Positions 21,380 through 29,347 of a stretch of 64,000 nt of DNA are shown here, one piece after another; the stretch's first letter is position 1, and every line of letters starts with the position of its first letter. Source of the stretch: Oscillospiraceae bacterium (GTDB taxonomy: Bacteria > Bacillota > Clostridia > Oscillospirales > Oscillospiraceae); NCBI GenBank assembly GCA_015067665.1, contig SVLZ01000002.1, positions 9,603 through 73,602 on the forward strand, given 5' to 3'. Below the pieces are notes generated by a model, which ran no database searches, was not told where the DNA came from, and worked only from the letters and a program-made list of their open reading frames with translations. The position numbers and the translations under genes were made by a program.

Positions 21380-21823
21380 TTATGCCCTCCGATTTGCTGC
21401 ATATTCCCAAGGCCATGGGTCATCCAACCAGCGGTATTCCGTACAGCAGCAAGATGTGTCCCGTACCAAGGGACCGTATTTGGCTTCATACCGTTTCTTT
21501 CCATCCTCGTATAAGTGTTTATACTCACAGTAAAGCGCGTATGCTTCTTTGTCGTCACGGTGTGTGTCAAGGTAAAGCGCCAGTTCCTGCAGAACAAAAG
21601 CGATGGTCTGCAGCTCCGTCATCGGGGTCATCGGCTTTTCCTTGTTGTTGACCATCCCAAGGTAGGGTAGATCTAACCCAGGGAAGAGGGTACCGCGAAC
21701 CAAAGCCTTACCGGGTGCGTAAGTGGGCGGATTTATCTGTTGGAAAGGCACATAGGGATTGGCAAGGGGTGCAGATGCGGGCAGCACCCCATTGCAGCCT
21801 TTCCTGTGGTTATTCTTTTCCAC
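21380..21823 (-). CDS. cotJB: CotJA-CotJB fusion spore coat protein
   Basis: CotJA motif LANPYVPFQ...GTLFPGLDLP in frame with CotJB motifs ELALYLDTH...YGPL...WLDDPWPWE; GTG start with GGAGG RBS. Confidence 0.85.
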   Translation of the reverse strand: MEKNNHRKGCNGVLPASAPLANPYVPFQQINPPTYAPGKALVRGTLFPGLDLPYLGMVNNKEKPMTPMTELQTIAFVLQELALYLDTHRDDKEAYALYCEYKHLYEDGKKRYEAKYGPLVRDTSCCCTEYRWLDDPWPWEYAANRRA

Positions 21824-21937
21824 AGCAATTCCTCCTAATATGATTTGAAACTTGTCGTTCCGGGTCATTCTATGACGCAGTATGGTTTTGTGTTCATTTG
21901 GCAGGGGAGAGGGCATATGCTTTTTTGAGGTGATTGT

Positions 21938-22654
21938 ATGAAAGAGAAGAAACTCTGGTTGTCCCTTGTGCCGGTATATACTTTGATCGTCTTTTGTTTT
22001 CTTTTTGCTGCCATCGGTGGCAGCCGCGCAGTAACTGTCATTGCTGAAAACGCACCGATTACGAATCGACAGTGCGTAGTGATCGATCCCGGACACGGCG
22101 GCGAAGACGGTGGCGCTGTCTCCTGCACAGGGAAAACAGAAAGCAGTTTTAATTTGGATATTGCGCTGCGTCTGAATGACCTGCTCCACCTGCTTGGCAT
22201 TGACACGTTGATGACCCGTGATACAGACCGCTCGATCCACACCCAGGGAGAAACGATTGCCGCACGCAAGGTTTCAGATCTGAAGGAACGTGTCAAGATC
22301 GCAAATGCAGTAGATAGTGGTATTCTGATCAGCATCCATCAAAATCATTTTACAGACAGCCGTTACAGCGGTGCACAGGTATTTTACAGGAAAGACGCAA
22401 AAAGTGCCGAGCTGGCAGCCCGGCTACAGACATCCTTTGTGCAAACCATCAATCACGGCAGTAATCGAAAATCAAAAAAGGCAGACGGTATTTATTTAAT
22501 GGAGAAAGTAAGCATTCCGGCGATTTTAGTGGAATGCGGTTTCCTTTCGAACTATCAGGAGGAAGCAAAGCTCCGGAATGAGCAGTACCAAAAGCAGGTT
22601 GCGTCAGTCATCGCTGCTGTATGCAGCAGCTATCTGCACGGCAACAGTAATTGA
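21938..22654 (+). CDS. cwlD: N-acetylmuramoyl-L-alanine amidase (CwlD-like)
   Basis: N-terminal TM, VIDPGHGGEDGGA, ISIHQN, LVECGFLSN. Confidence 0.85.
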   Translation: MKEKKLWLSLVPVYTLIVFCFLFAAIGGSRAVTVIAENAPITNRQCVVIDPGHGGEDGGAVSCTGKTESSFNLDIALRLNDLLHLLGIDTLMTRDTDRSIHTQGETIAARKVSDLKERVKIANAVDSGILISIHQNHFTDSRYSGAQVFYRKDAKSAELAARLQTSFVQTINHGSNRKSKKADGIYLMEKVSIPAILVECGFLSNYQEEAKLRNEQYQKQVASVIAAVCSSYLHGNSN

Positions 22655-22704
22655 CAAAAATGCAGGGAATTTGCTATAATGCCATTTAGAAAGAGGTGTG
22701 CATA

Positions 22705-24063
22705 ATGGCAAAAAACAAAGTAATCTATTTTTGCAGCCAATGCGGTAATGTATTTCCTCAATGGCACGGTAAATGTCCGGCTTGCGGTACATGGAATTCC
22801 CTTAGTGAACATACAGAAAAGCCGACACCGATTGGCAAAAGCAGAAGCAGTGCTTTTTTGCCGGCAGAGGCAAAACGGCTCGGTGCGGTCACTACTGAGC
22901 GCAGGGCCCGTTTTTCTACCGGTCTTGGTGAACTTGACCGCGTTCTTGGGGGCGGCGCTGTCAGCGGCTCGCTTGTGCTGATCGGTGGTGCACCCGGTAT
23001 CGGCAAATCCACATTGTTGCTGCAGATCTGCAACAGCCTTTGTGATGGACGCACGGTACTGTATATCTCCGGTGAGGAAAGCGAGCAACAACTGAAAATG
23101 CGGGCTGAGCGGCTCGGTGTGGTTGCAGATGACTTGTTCATTTTGGCCGAAACCCGACTTTCAGATATAATGGATGCTGCAGAAAAGCTTACACCGGATA
23201 TTATGATCGTAGACTCAGTCCAAACCCTTTACAATGAAAACAACGATTCTGCTCCCGGCTCCGTTTCGCAGGTAAAGGACTGCACTCTTGCGATGATGCA
23301 GATTGCCAAAAATCAAGGCATCACCGTTTTCGTAGTGGGTCACATTAACAAAGACGGCGCGATCGCTGGGCCGAAGGTGCTGGAGCATATGGTAGATTGT
23401 GTGCTCTATTTCGAGGGGGATGCCAATACTTCCTATCGTATTCTTCGGGCGGCAAAAAATCGCTTTGGCTCCACAAATGAGATCGGTGTCTTTGAAATGG
23501 TAGAAAAGGGACTTGTTGAAGTACCAAATCCCTCCCAAATGCTCCTTGCCGGGAGACCGGCAGGAGCCTCCGGAACCTGTGTTGCATGCGTGATGGAAGG
23601 CTCCCGTCCAGTCCTCGCAGAGGTACAGGCGCTGGTGTCCAAGACTTTTGCGAATGTGCCGCGCAGAACAGCGGATGGCTTTAATTTTAACCGTGCCGCG
23701 CTGCTGCTGGCGGTAGCGGAGAAAAAAGCAGGTATGAAGCTTTCTATGCTGGATGCCTATATTAACGTGATCGGCGGACTGCAAATCGACGAACCAGGCG
23801 CAGATTTGCCCGTCGTGCTGGCAATTGCATCCTCCTATATGGATAAGGCTCTGCCCGGTGATTTGGCTGCCATCGGGGAAGTCGGTCTTACCGGTGAGAT
23901 CCGTAGTGTATCCCATATCAATCAAAGATTAGCTGAAGTTGCAAGATTAGGGCTAAAATACTGTATAATCCCGAAAACAGCACCGGAAAAGTTGACAATT
24001 CCCGATGGTTTGCAGGTTCGCTGTGTGTCCAACCTGAAGGAAGCGATCGATGCTGCGCTGTAA
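22705..24063 (+). CDS. radA: DNA repair protein RadA/Sms
   Basis: CSQCG...CPAC zinc finger, GAPGIGKST, KNRFG. Confidence 0.97.
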   Translation: MAKNKVIYFCSQCGNVFPQWHGKCPACGTWNSLSEHTEKPTPIGKSRSSAFLPAEAKRLGAVTTERRARFSTGLGELDRVLGGGAVSGSLVLIGGAPGIGKSTLLLQICNSLCDGRTVLYISGEESEQQLKMRAERLGVVADDLFILAETRLSDIMDAAEKLTPDIMIVDSVQTLYNENNDSAPGSVSQVKDCTLAMMQIAKNQGITVFVVGHINKDGAIAGPKVLEHMVDCVLYFEGDANTSYRILRAAKNRFGSTNEIGVFEMVEKGLVEVPNPSQMLLAGRPAGASGTCVACVMEGSRPVLAEVQALVSKTFANVPRRTADGFNFNRAALLLAVAEKKAGMKLSMLDAYINVIGGLQIDEPGADLPVVLAIASSYMDKALPGDLAAIGEVGLTGEIRSVSHINQRLAEVARLGLKYCIIPKTAPEKLTIPDGLQVRCVSNLKEAIDAAL

Positions 24064-24090
24064 GAGATTGCCGGCAGGGGAGTGGTAGAG

Positions 24091-25092
24091 TCAATCCTTT
24101 GTAAGCTTTAGCTTTGAGATGGGATTGGCTTCAGCTGCAATTTTCAGCTCTGTATTTTCGATGTGAGTATAGATTTGGGTGGTGTTGAGATTTTCGTGTC
24201 CCAATACCTCCTGCACGGTCTTTACATCGACACCGCCGGAGAGCATCATTGTTGCAGCTGTATGGCGCAGCTTATGGGCAGAAAACTGGCTGGCATCTAA
24301 GCCTGCCTTCAAAAAAGCCTTTTTTACCAGCGCGTGAACGGCATCGGTACTGATTCGATTGCCGTTTCGAGATCCAAATAGCGCCCGATTATCGGATAAT
24401 ACCATCTTTTTGCGAATAGGCAAATAATCATCGATGGCCCTCCGGCAGGAAGTGCCAAAGTACACAAAACGCTCTTTGTTGCCTTTGCCGACCACACGGA
24501 TGCGATCCTCGTAAACGTCAGTCAGGTTCAGTCCTACCAGCTCGCTGCGACGGATTCCACAGCTTAGAAACAGCATTAGTATTGCGTAGTCACGCTCCTG
24601 ATTTTGCCCGGAAACAGCCTTGAGAAGGGCCGCAGATTGGTCCAACGTAAGGTATTTCGGCAGACTTTTCCGCAGTTTTGGGTATTCCAGATCCGCAGCG
24701 GGATTTTCTGTCAGCTGCTTTGTACGAACGGTTAAGTACTTAAAAAAGGACTTTATAGAGGATAACTTTCGGGCGCGGGATGCCGGAGAAATGCCGTATT
24801 CAGGCACAGAGGAATCGGGATTTACCGTTCTGTCGTTTGCAAGATATGATAAGAAATCAAACAGATCGGACGTACGGATAGATTCGATAAAACGGATGTC
24901 AATGTCACGAATATCAATTTCTTCCAGCTTTGTATGGATCGGCATATCACAACGCATCAGCTTCATAAAACGCAGAAACATACGCAGGTCCAAATAGTAT
25001 TCGGAAATAGTAAGTTGCGATTGCCCCTTGATTGTTTCGTGATAGGTTAAAAAGTCCCTGAGAATCTGCGGACAGTCAGAATAACGCTTCAT
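24091..25092 (-). CDS. Host Xer-family tyrosine recombinase (~333 aa; XerC-like, possibly the single dif resolvase)
   Basis: Catalytic R (GIRRSE), K (GKGNKER), HKLRH, LGH and Y (TTQIYTH); RBS GGAGGT before ATG at 25092; palindromic site about 160 bp upstream. Confidence 0.9.
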   Translation of the reverse strand: MKRYSDCPQILRDFLTYHETIKGQSQLTISEYYLDLRMFLRFMKLMRCDMPIHTKLEEIDIRDIDIRFIESIRTSDLFDFLSYLANDRTVNPDSSVPEYGISPASRARKLSSIKSFFKYLTVRTKQLTENPAADLEYPKLRKSLPKYLTLDQSAALLKAVSGQNQERDYAILMLFLSCGIRRSELVGLNLTDVYEDRIRVVGKGNKERFVYFGTSCRRAIDDYLPIRKKMVLSDNRALFGSRNGNRISTDAVHALVKKAFLKAGLDASQFSAHKLRHTAATMMLSGGVDVKTVQEVLGHENLNTTQIYTHIENTELKIAAEANPISKLKLTKD

Positions 25093-25248
25093 ATGGTAGA
25101 CCTCCATAATTGTATTGAAACTTTGAACGCATATATAAGCCAGATGCGGCAACATTTGCTGCGGTACATAACGGCTCGGAAAAGCCTATTAGACACAGAA
25201 GTAGCCCTATCATCCATATCTTGATTATATTATATCATAAACACACTG

Positions 25249-25282
25249 TTAACGCAACAAAATTTTTATTTTGTTGCGTTCG
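25249..25282. other. attL / dif-like tyrosine recombinase site
   Basis: TT-AACGCAACAAAA-TTTTTA-TTTTGTTGCGTT-CG: perfect 12-bp inverted arms with a 6-bp spacer. Confidence 0.8.
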
Positions 25283-25307
25283 ATTTTTAGCCAAAGATAG
25301 TACAAAT

Positions 25308-25339
25308 TAGCCCCGAGGGTTCGCTCCCCCGGGGCTTTT
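25308..25339 (+). terminator. Intrinsic terminator just inside attL
   Basis: AGCCCCGAGGG...CCCCGGGGCT hairpin followed by TTT; would follow the element's last gene in the circular form. Confidence 0.6.
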
Positions 25340-25583
25340 GTATTACAGTTTGTTGTGCTGCAGATCTTCGATCTGAATTGCCGGTGAACATTTTTGTAAT
25401 ACACTTTTGTTGTATTACAGTTTTTCTGCAGCAGCAGACGCCTGGATCTTGCTTTCGTAATACTGCCGCTTGTATTACGGTTTATCTGCAGCTGCCGGCG
25501 CCAGGATCTTTATTCTGTAATACGCACAGTTGTATTACAGCATCGCAGCTGCGCCGATCGACCAGGAACGAAAGTTGTATTAC
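25340..25583. repeat. Array of GTAATAC-N8/9-GTATTAC palindromes with ~60-bp period
   Basis: GTATTAC at 25340, 25412, 25472, 25532 and 25577; GTAATAC at 25396, 25457 and 25517. Confidence 0.85.
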
Positions 25584-25910
25584 GCACCCCGCCCCTTTCT
25601 TCTTGTATGAGATAGCACCCGCAGGGCGGAACTATCAAGTTAGTACAAGTGTTGGTATAGCCGCGACCGCGTGAGCCGCTCCGTCGGCTCCAAGGTGCGC
25701 GGAAAGGCCAGCTCTCCACTTTGCATCCGTTATTCCCCGATCGGAAACGGTGGAGCGTAGGATGGCGGCGGAGGTAAGGCCGGATGGCCGTTCCGCCGCC
25801 TCCTTCGTCCACCGTGACGATCACCGGAAGGCGGAATGTCTTCCGCACCGTCGTATTACGCATCCGGGATCGATGCCCGGAATCGGATCCGGAAATTGTA
25901 ATACACACAG

Positions 25911-25944
25911 GAAAACAGCAGCAGGTCTTCCCTGCTGCTGTTTT
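25911..25944 (-). terminator. Bidirectional terminator ending the minus-strand regulator operon
   Basis: AAAACAGCAGCAGG-TCTTC-CCTGCTGCTGTTTT. Confidence 0.75.
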
Positions 25945-25960
25945 GGTTTTTGATTTGTTG

Positions 25961-26128
25961 TCAGTTTTCTTGCTGGGTTAAAATTTTTTTCGCTGCATCT
26001 ACAAAATCATTACATATTTCGTTAATTGTTTCGTTTACTGTTTCTCCTGCTGTATCGGATATCATTTTAATGAATATATATGTTTCTAAGTCAATTTCGC
26101 ATGGAAATTTATATTTTTCTTTTTTCAT
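25961..26128 (-). CDS. 55-aa putative ribbon-helix-helix protein (not in ORF track)
   Basis: MKKEKYKFPCEIDLETYIFIKMISDTAGETVNETINEICNDFVDAAKKILTQQEN*; AGGAGG RBS. Confidence 0.6.
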   Translation of the reverse strand: MKKEKYKFPCEIDLETYIFIKMISDTAGETVNETINEICNDFVDAAKKILTQQEN

Positions 26129-26202
26129 AATTAGCCTCCTTTCTTTGAAGTTGATAGTTAATTCTGTCAGCGTGGGTCCTACCCATATTTTCTCGCTGCG
26201 TT

Positions 26203-26409
26203 TTATTTGTTATTTTTTAGTTCTTCAATTTCTCTGGTAATCCATGGTTCTTTTTCATCAAGATGTTTAATGAGTTGTTTGTAGATATAAGTACTTATGG
26301 ATTCCCCTTCTCGATCAGCTAAATATTTAAGTTTTTCTTTTGTAATTTCGTTGACTTTAACTCCAAGCATTATAGAGCGTTTAACTTCAGGGTCTTTTTT
26401 AGGCATCAT
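26203..26409 (-). CDS. Ribbon-helix-helix (CopG/Arc-like) repressor
   Basis: SIMLGVKVNEITKEKLKYLADREGESISTYIY beta-alpha-alpha pattern; GAGGTG RBS; divergent from the main operon. Confidence 0.7.
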   Translation of the reverse strand: MMPKKDPEVKRSIMLGVKVNEITKEKLKYLADREGESISTYIYKQLIKHLDEKEPWITREIEELKNNK

Positions 26410-26457
26410 ATTTAATCACCTCATTATTTTTGTATCATTTAACCTTTTGAATTTGTG

Positions 26458-26531
26458 AAAAGGTTAAACCTTTTGCTTGACTTTTTAGCTAATTGGTGAT
26501 ATTTTGAATTTAACAAAAGGTTAAACCTTTT
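26458..26531 (+). promoter_or_regulatory. Sigma-A promoter flanked by two palindromic operators
   Basis: AAAAGGTTAAACCTTTT at 26458-26474 and 26515-26531 bracket TTGACT (26477)-17 bp-TATTTT (with TG extension); half site near 26440. Confidence 0.7.
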
Positions 26532-26558
26532 GAATAAATAAAAGGAAGGTAGAAAACT

Positions 26559-26942
26559 ATGAAAGAAACATTAAAGAAAGTCATTAAGCCCTTGCTTCGT
26601 CAATATCGTGACGAATTTGGTAAAGATGCTCTTCGGGAGCTGATTGCCGAAACGCGCACCGAAAACCTTAAGTACATATGTAGTGTAGAACTTGGTGCTT
26701 ATAGGTCCAAGCATCGTCTTAATAAGTACATTCAAGGCGCCAAGTTTACAGATGAAGGTTTTCTTCTTATTCTTGGTGATGATCCAGTGCCAGTGGATGG
26801 TTGCTTATACGGTATTTTAGGAGAATTCCTTGATTTTGATGATTTGGAAATTCCTTATCAATACAAGCGTTATTCTACATATCAGCGTTCCTTGGCTGAA
26901 TCTGAGGAGGTTTCCTCCGAATCTAACGCAGAGAATAAATAA
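26559..26942 (+). CDS. Hypothetical early protein (127 aa)
   Basis: RBS AAGGAAGGT; first gene of the element's main operon. Confidence 0.7.
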   Translation: MKETLKKVIKPLLRQYRDEFGKDALRELIAETRTENLKYICSVELGAYRSKHRLNKYIQGAKFTDEGFLLILGDDPVPVDGCLYGILGEFLDFDDLEIPYQYKRYSTYQRSLAESEEVSSESNAENK

Positions 26943-27065
26943 AAATAGAGTTTATCTTCATTCAAAAAGCCACTTAGACAAACAAAGGAAAGAAACTGTA
27001 GGTAGAAGAACTGCAGATTGACTATAAAGGCTTTCTCTTAAATTAAAAAAGGAAGGTAGAAAACA

Positions 27066-27452
27066 ATGAAAGAAAAACAATTAAATGATTGCACCAATGT
27101 CCTTATACAGTTGGTGGACGCCTACGGCGAGGATAAGGCTTATCGGAAGATTAAGGAACTTCTTCCGAAGCCAGAGCCAAAAGTTTCTTTGTGCTTTTCT
27201 CGTGGGCCTAAGTTACGTAGAAAGGTATCACATCGTATTTTGTTTTTCTGGGATAACTTTAAGCGTTTGTGTAAGTATTCCGTTTCTTTTGAATCTGGCT
27301 GTTATGCGTTCGTGCGTTTAGATTTTGATTTATGTAATTGGATTGAGCGTGAGGGATTACGATTGCATATGTCTTACGATACATATATTGCAGCATGTGT
27401 CTGTGCTGCTAAGTCTACTGCTGAATCTCGTGAGGAGGTGTCCTCCGTATGA
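27066..27452 (+). CDS. Hypothetical early protein (128 aa)
   Basis: Same 29-bp RBS/start block as 26559; ends EEVSSV. Confidence 0.7.
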   Translation: MKEKQLNDCTNVLIQLVDAYGEDKAYRKIKELLPKPEPKVSLCFSRGPKLRRKVSHRILFFWDNFKRLCKYSVSFESGCYAFVRLDFDLCNWIEREGLRLHMSYDTYIAACVCAAKSTAESREEVSSV

Positions 27453-27652
27453 GATTGATGTATGAGCCATTTGATATGTTTCATAAAGATGAAACTTTGC
27501 GTTCATTAGATGGTTGTATTTGTCGTATTTGCGTGAGCGATGATCCTCTTGAAATTTGTAGAATGGTCGGTTTCGCAAACTCTTATATATCTATGTTAGC
27601 GCAATCAAGAATGCTGCAACTGCAAGCTAAGGAGGTCTCCTCCGATGATTGA
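27449..27652 (+). CDS. Hypothetical protein (67 aa)
   Basis: ATGA overlap with upstream gene, GGAGGT RBS. Confidence 0.65.
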   Translation: MRLMYEPFDMFHKDETLRSLDGCICRICVSDDPLEICRMVGFANSYISMLAQSRMLQLQAKEVSSDD

Positions 27653-28046
27653 AAAGTATTCTTTAAAGCGGTGTCCGTGTTGTGGTTCTGATTTTGTCTA
27701 TGCCAGAGAAACACATCGAATCCACGATTGTATCCCTGTTGGTTATGTTGTTTGTAATAATTGTGGATTGCACACGGATTTGGGTTCTCTTGATTCTGTT
27801 GTAGAATCTTGGAACCGTAGAAGGTTATACAATGATGTACCTGAAAGCTATGTTGAGCTAACTGACCAGTATGGTCGAGCTCTCAAAATCCTGATGGAGG
27901 TTGATCTGGATTATTTAAGTAAATTGCTTGAAAAGGTTAAAAAAGCTCATCCTGCATTATTTGTCAATAACGCTTCATGTTATGCGAAAGCTGGCACTGC
28001 AGCGTATTTTGATGCTGTGGCTAAGGAGGTCTCCTCCGATGGCTGA
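27645..28046 (+). CDS. Lar-family restriction alleviation-like zinc-ribbon protein
   Basis: LKRCPCCG...VVCNNCG...VESWNRR. Confidence 0.7.
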   Translation: MIEKYSLKRCPCCGSDFVYARETHRIHDCIPVGYVVCNNCGLHTDLGSLDSVVESWNRRRLYNDVPESYVELTDQYGRALKILMEVDLDYLSKLLEKVKKAHPALFVNNASCYAKAGTAAYFDAVAKEVSSDG

Positions 28047-28341
28047 TCGTAATTACACAATCGTCTTTCCCTCCCCTTCTCTTGGCCCTCGTTATCTTTC
28101 TGCAATAGAGTTCTTCCAGTGTGGGACAAGACCCCTTTGTCATTTTAGCTCGCTGCCGAGCTGTGCTTTCCCTCTTGCTAGAGAGGAAGCTGAGGGCCTG
28201 CTGAAGCATATAAAAGCAGAGCTTCCGCCATATCATCCTAAATTTGATGATGATGGGAATTTGACAAACCCTTGCGTTCTCTTTCAAATTGTCGAGCTGC
28301 CTTGGCTCCGCGCAGACAAGGAGGTAGCAGATAATGGCTAA
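28039..28341 (+). CDS. Hypothetical protein (100 aa, MADRNYTIV...)
   Basis: Start reassigned to ATG 28039 behind the AAGGAGGT RBS. Confidence 0.65.
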   Translation: MADRNYTIVFPSPSLGPRYLSAIEFFQCGTRPLCHFSSLPSCAFPLAREEAEGLLKHIKAELPPYHPKFDDDGNLTNPCVLFQIVELPWLRADKEVADNG

Positions 28342-28528
28342 AATTATTCTTGCTGCCGGTCTTGTTCGTGATTTTGAGTTTAGCTCTGAAGCTTGTCTTG
28401 AGCGCTATTTGAAGGCTTTAGGCCGTGAGTATGCTTGGAAAGAGCTTGACCGCTTTGTTAGAGCAGATGGATCTGTCGTTGTGCGTATTGTGCAGCAGTA
28501 CGGTGACGCAGATCTGATCGAGTTGTAG
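28334..28528 (+). CDS. Hypothetical protein (64 aa)
   Basis: AAGGAGGT RBS; overlaps upstream stop. Confidence 0.65.
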   Translation: MAKIILAAGLVRDFEFSSEACLERYLKALGREYAWKELDRFVRADGSVVVRIVQQYGDADLIEL

Positions 28529-28542
28529 GAGGTGCTCTTCTG

Positions 28543-28716
28543 ATGCCCTGGGTTTATGTAACGCCGGATCCTACCCCTTGTGAAGAGTGTGGGTATTTTG
28601 TAAATGGCAAGTGTGATGTTCCTGGTGAGGTCTTTGAGTACACTTGCCCAGCTATTAGCGATCCTGAGCCTAAGTTCATTCCTGCTGAACCTTTGGAGGA
28701 GTTTTTGTATGGCTAA
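28543..28716 (+). CDS. 57-aa Cys-containing protein (not in ORF track)
   Basis: MPWVYVTPDPTPCEECGYFVNGKCDVPGEVFEYTCP...; AGGAGGT RBS; overlaps the next start. Confidence 0.6.
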   Translation: MPWVYVTPDPTPCEECGYFVNGKCDVPGEVFEYTCPAISDPEPKFIPAEPLEEFLYG

Positions 28717-29017
28717 AGAAGTACGCTCTCTCCGGTTATCAGAGGAGACGGTCGCGCTCATCGAGAAGCAAGACGGATCTTCTTTTACTGATAAGTTTGA
28801 GAACCTCGTGCAGAAATGCGTCCGGGAGCTTCCCCAGAAACAGCGGGAGCTTAAGGCTGTCCAGCAGCAGATCTCCCGGGAGCGCAATAATCTTGAGTAC
28901 ATCCGCAAACAGCAGTCGGCGCTGGAATCAAATATCCGGAGCCTGAACTACACGCTGCAGAACGCAGAGAGCCAAGCAACGAGAGTTGCGAAGGCGCTCG
29001 CGGCTCTGATGGTGTAG
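28709..29017 (+). CDS. RHH-like N-terminus plus coiled coil (102 aa)
   Basis: MAKEVRSLRLSEETVALIE... followed by a Gln-rich heptad coil; GGAGGAG RBS. Confidence 0.6.
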   Translation: MAKEVRSLRLSEETVALIEKQDGSSFTDKFENLVQKCVRELPQKQRELKAVQQQISRERNNLEYIRKQQSALESNIRSLNYTLQNAESQATRVAKALAALMV

Positions 29018-29030
29018 GAGGGCGAAGGAA

Positions 29031-29189
29031 ATGGATGAAGCGCGGCTGTGTTCCCTGTGTGGCTGCTATTGTGTAGCCTGCCTGCAGTTAGCTGACGGTT
29101 GTGACGGTTGCGAGCTGCTCCACCCGGAGCTGCTGGAAGAAGATCTCCCCTCTCCCCTGCTGCCTGATCTGAATGCAGATATAACTTAA
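29031..29189 (+). CDS. 52-aa Cys-rich protein (not in ORF track)
   Basis: MDEARLCSLCGCYCVACLQLADGCDGCELLH...; AGGAGG RBS. Confidence 0.5.
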   Translation: MDEARLCSLCGCYCVACLQLADGCDGCELLHPELLEEDLPSPLLPDLNADIT

Positions 29190-29347
29190 CTCGTTTCGGT
29201 GGTTGTAGATCTCCTTTTCTTTTTCGCGCGGGAGACCGTTCCCTTGGCGGTCTCCCAACTCCCCTATCGTATTACGATTTATCGTGCCGGCAATCCGGAT
29301 CTGATTCGCTGCAGCGTGAAAATCGTAATACAAATATCCATTTATAT

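Noticed and set aside
24091-25092. Recombinase as the element's own integrase
   Set aside because: It lies outside attL, has host-like composition and resembles conserved chromosomal Xer proteins; treated as a host gene
25340-25583. Possible CRISPR array (periodic palindromic repeats)
   Set aside because: The conserved parts are only 7-bp words, the intervening sequences resemble each other, and there are no cas genes
25378-25981. ORF-track frames over the repeat and hairpin region (25378-25674, 25510-25908, 25750-25953, 25784-25981)
   Set aside because: No RBS, and the translations simply mirror the DNA repeats (CIT/NT); the region is better explained as non-coding
25961-26409. Toxin-antitoxin pair
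   Set aside because: Both ORFs look like RHH DNA-binding proteins; neither shows a RelE, PIN, HicA or other toxin signature
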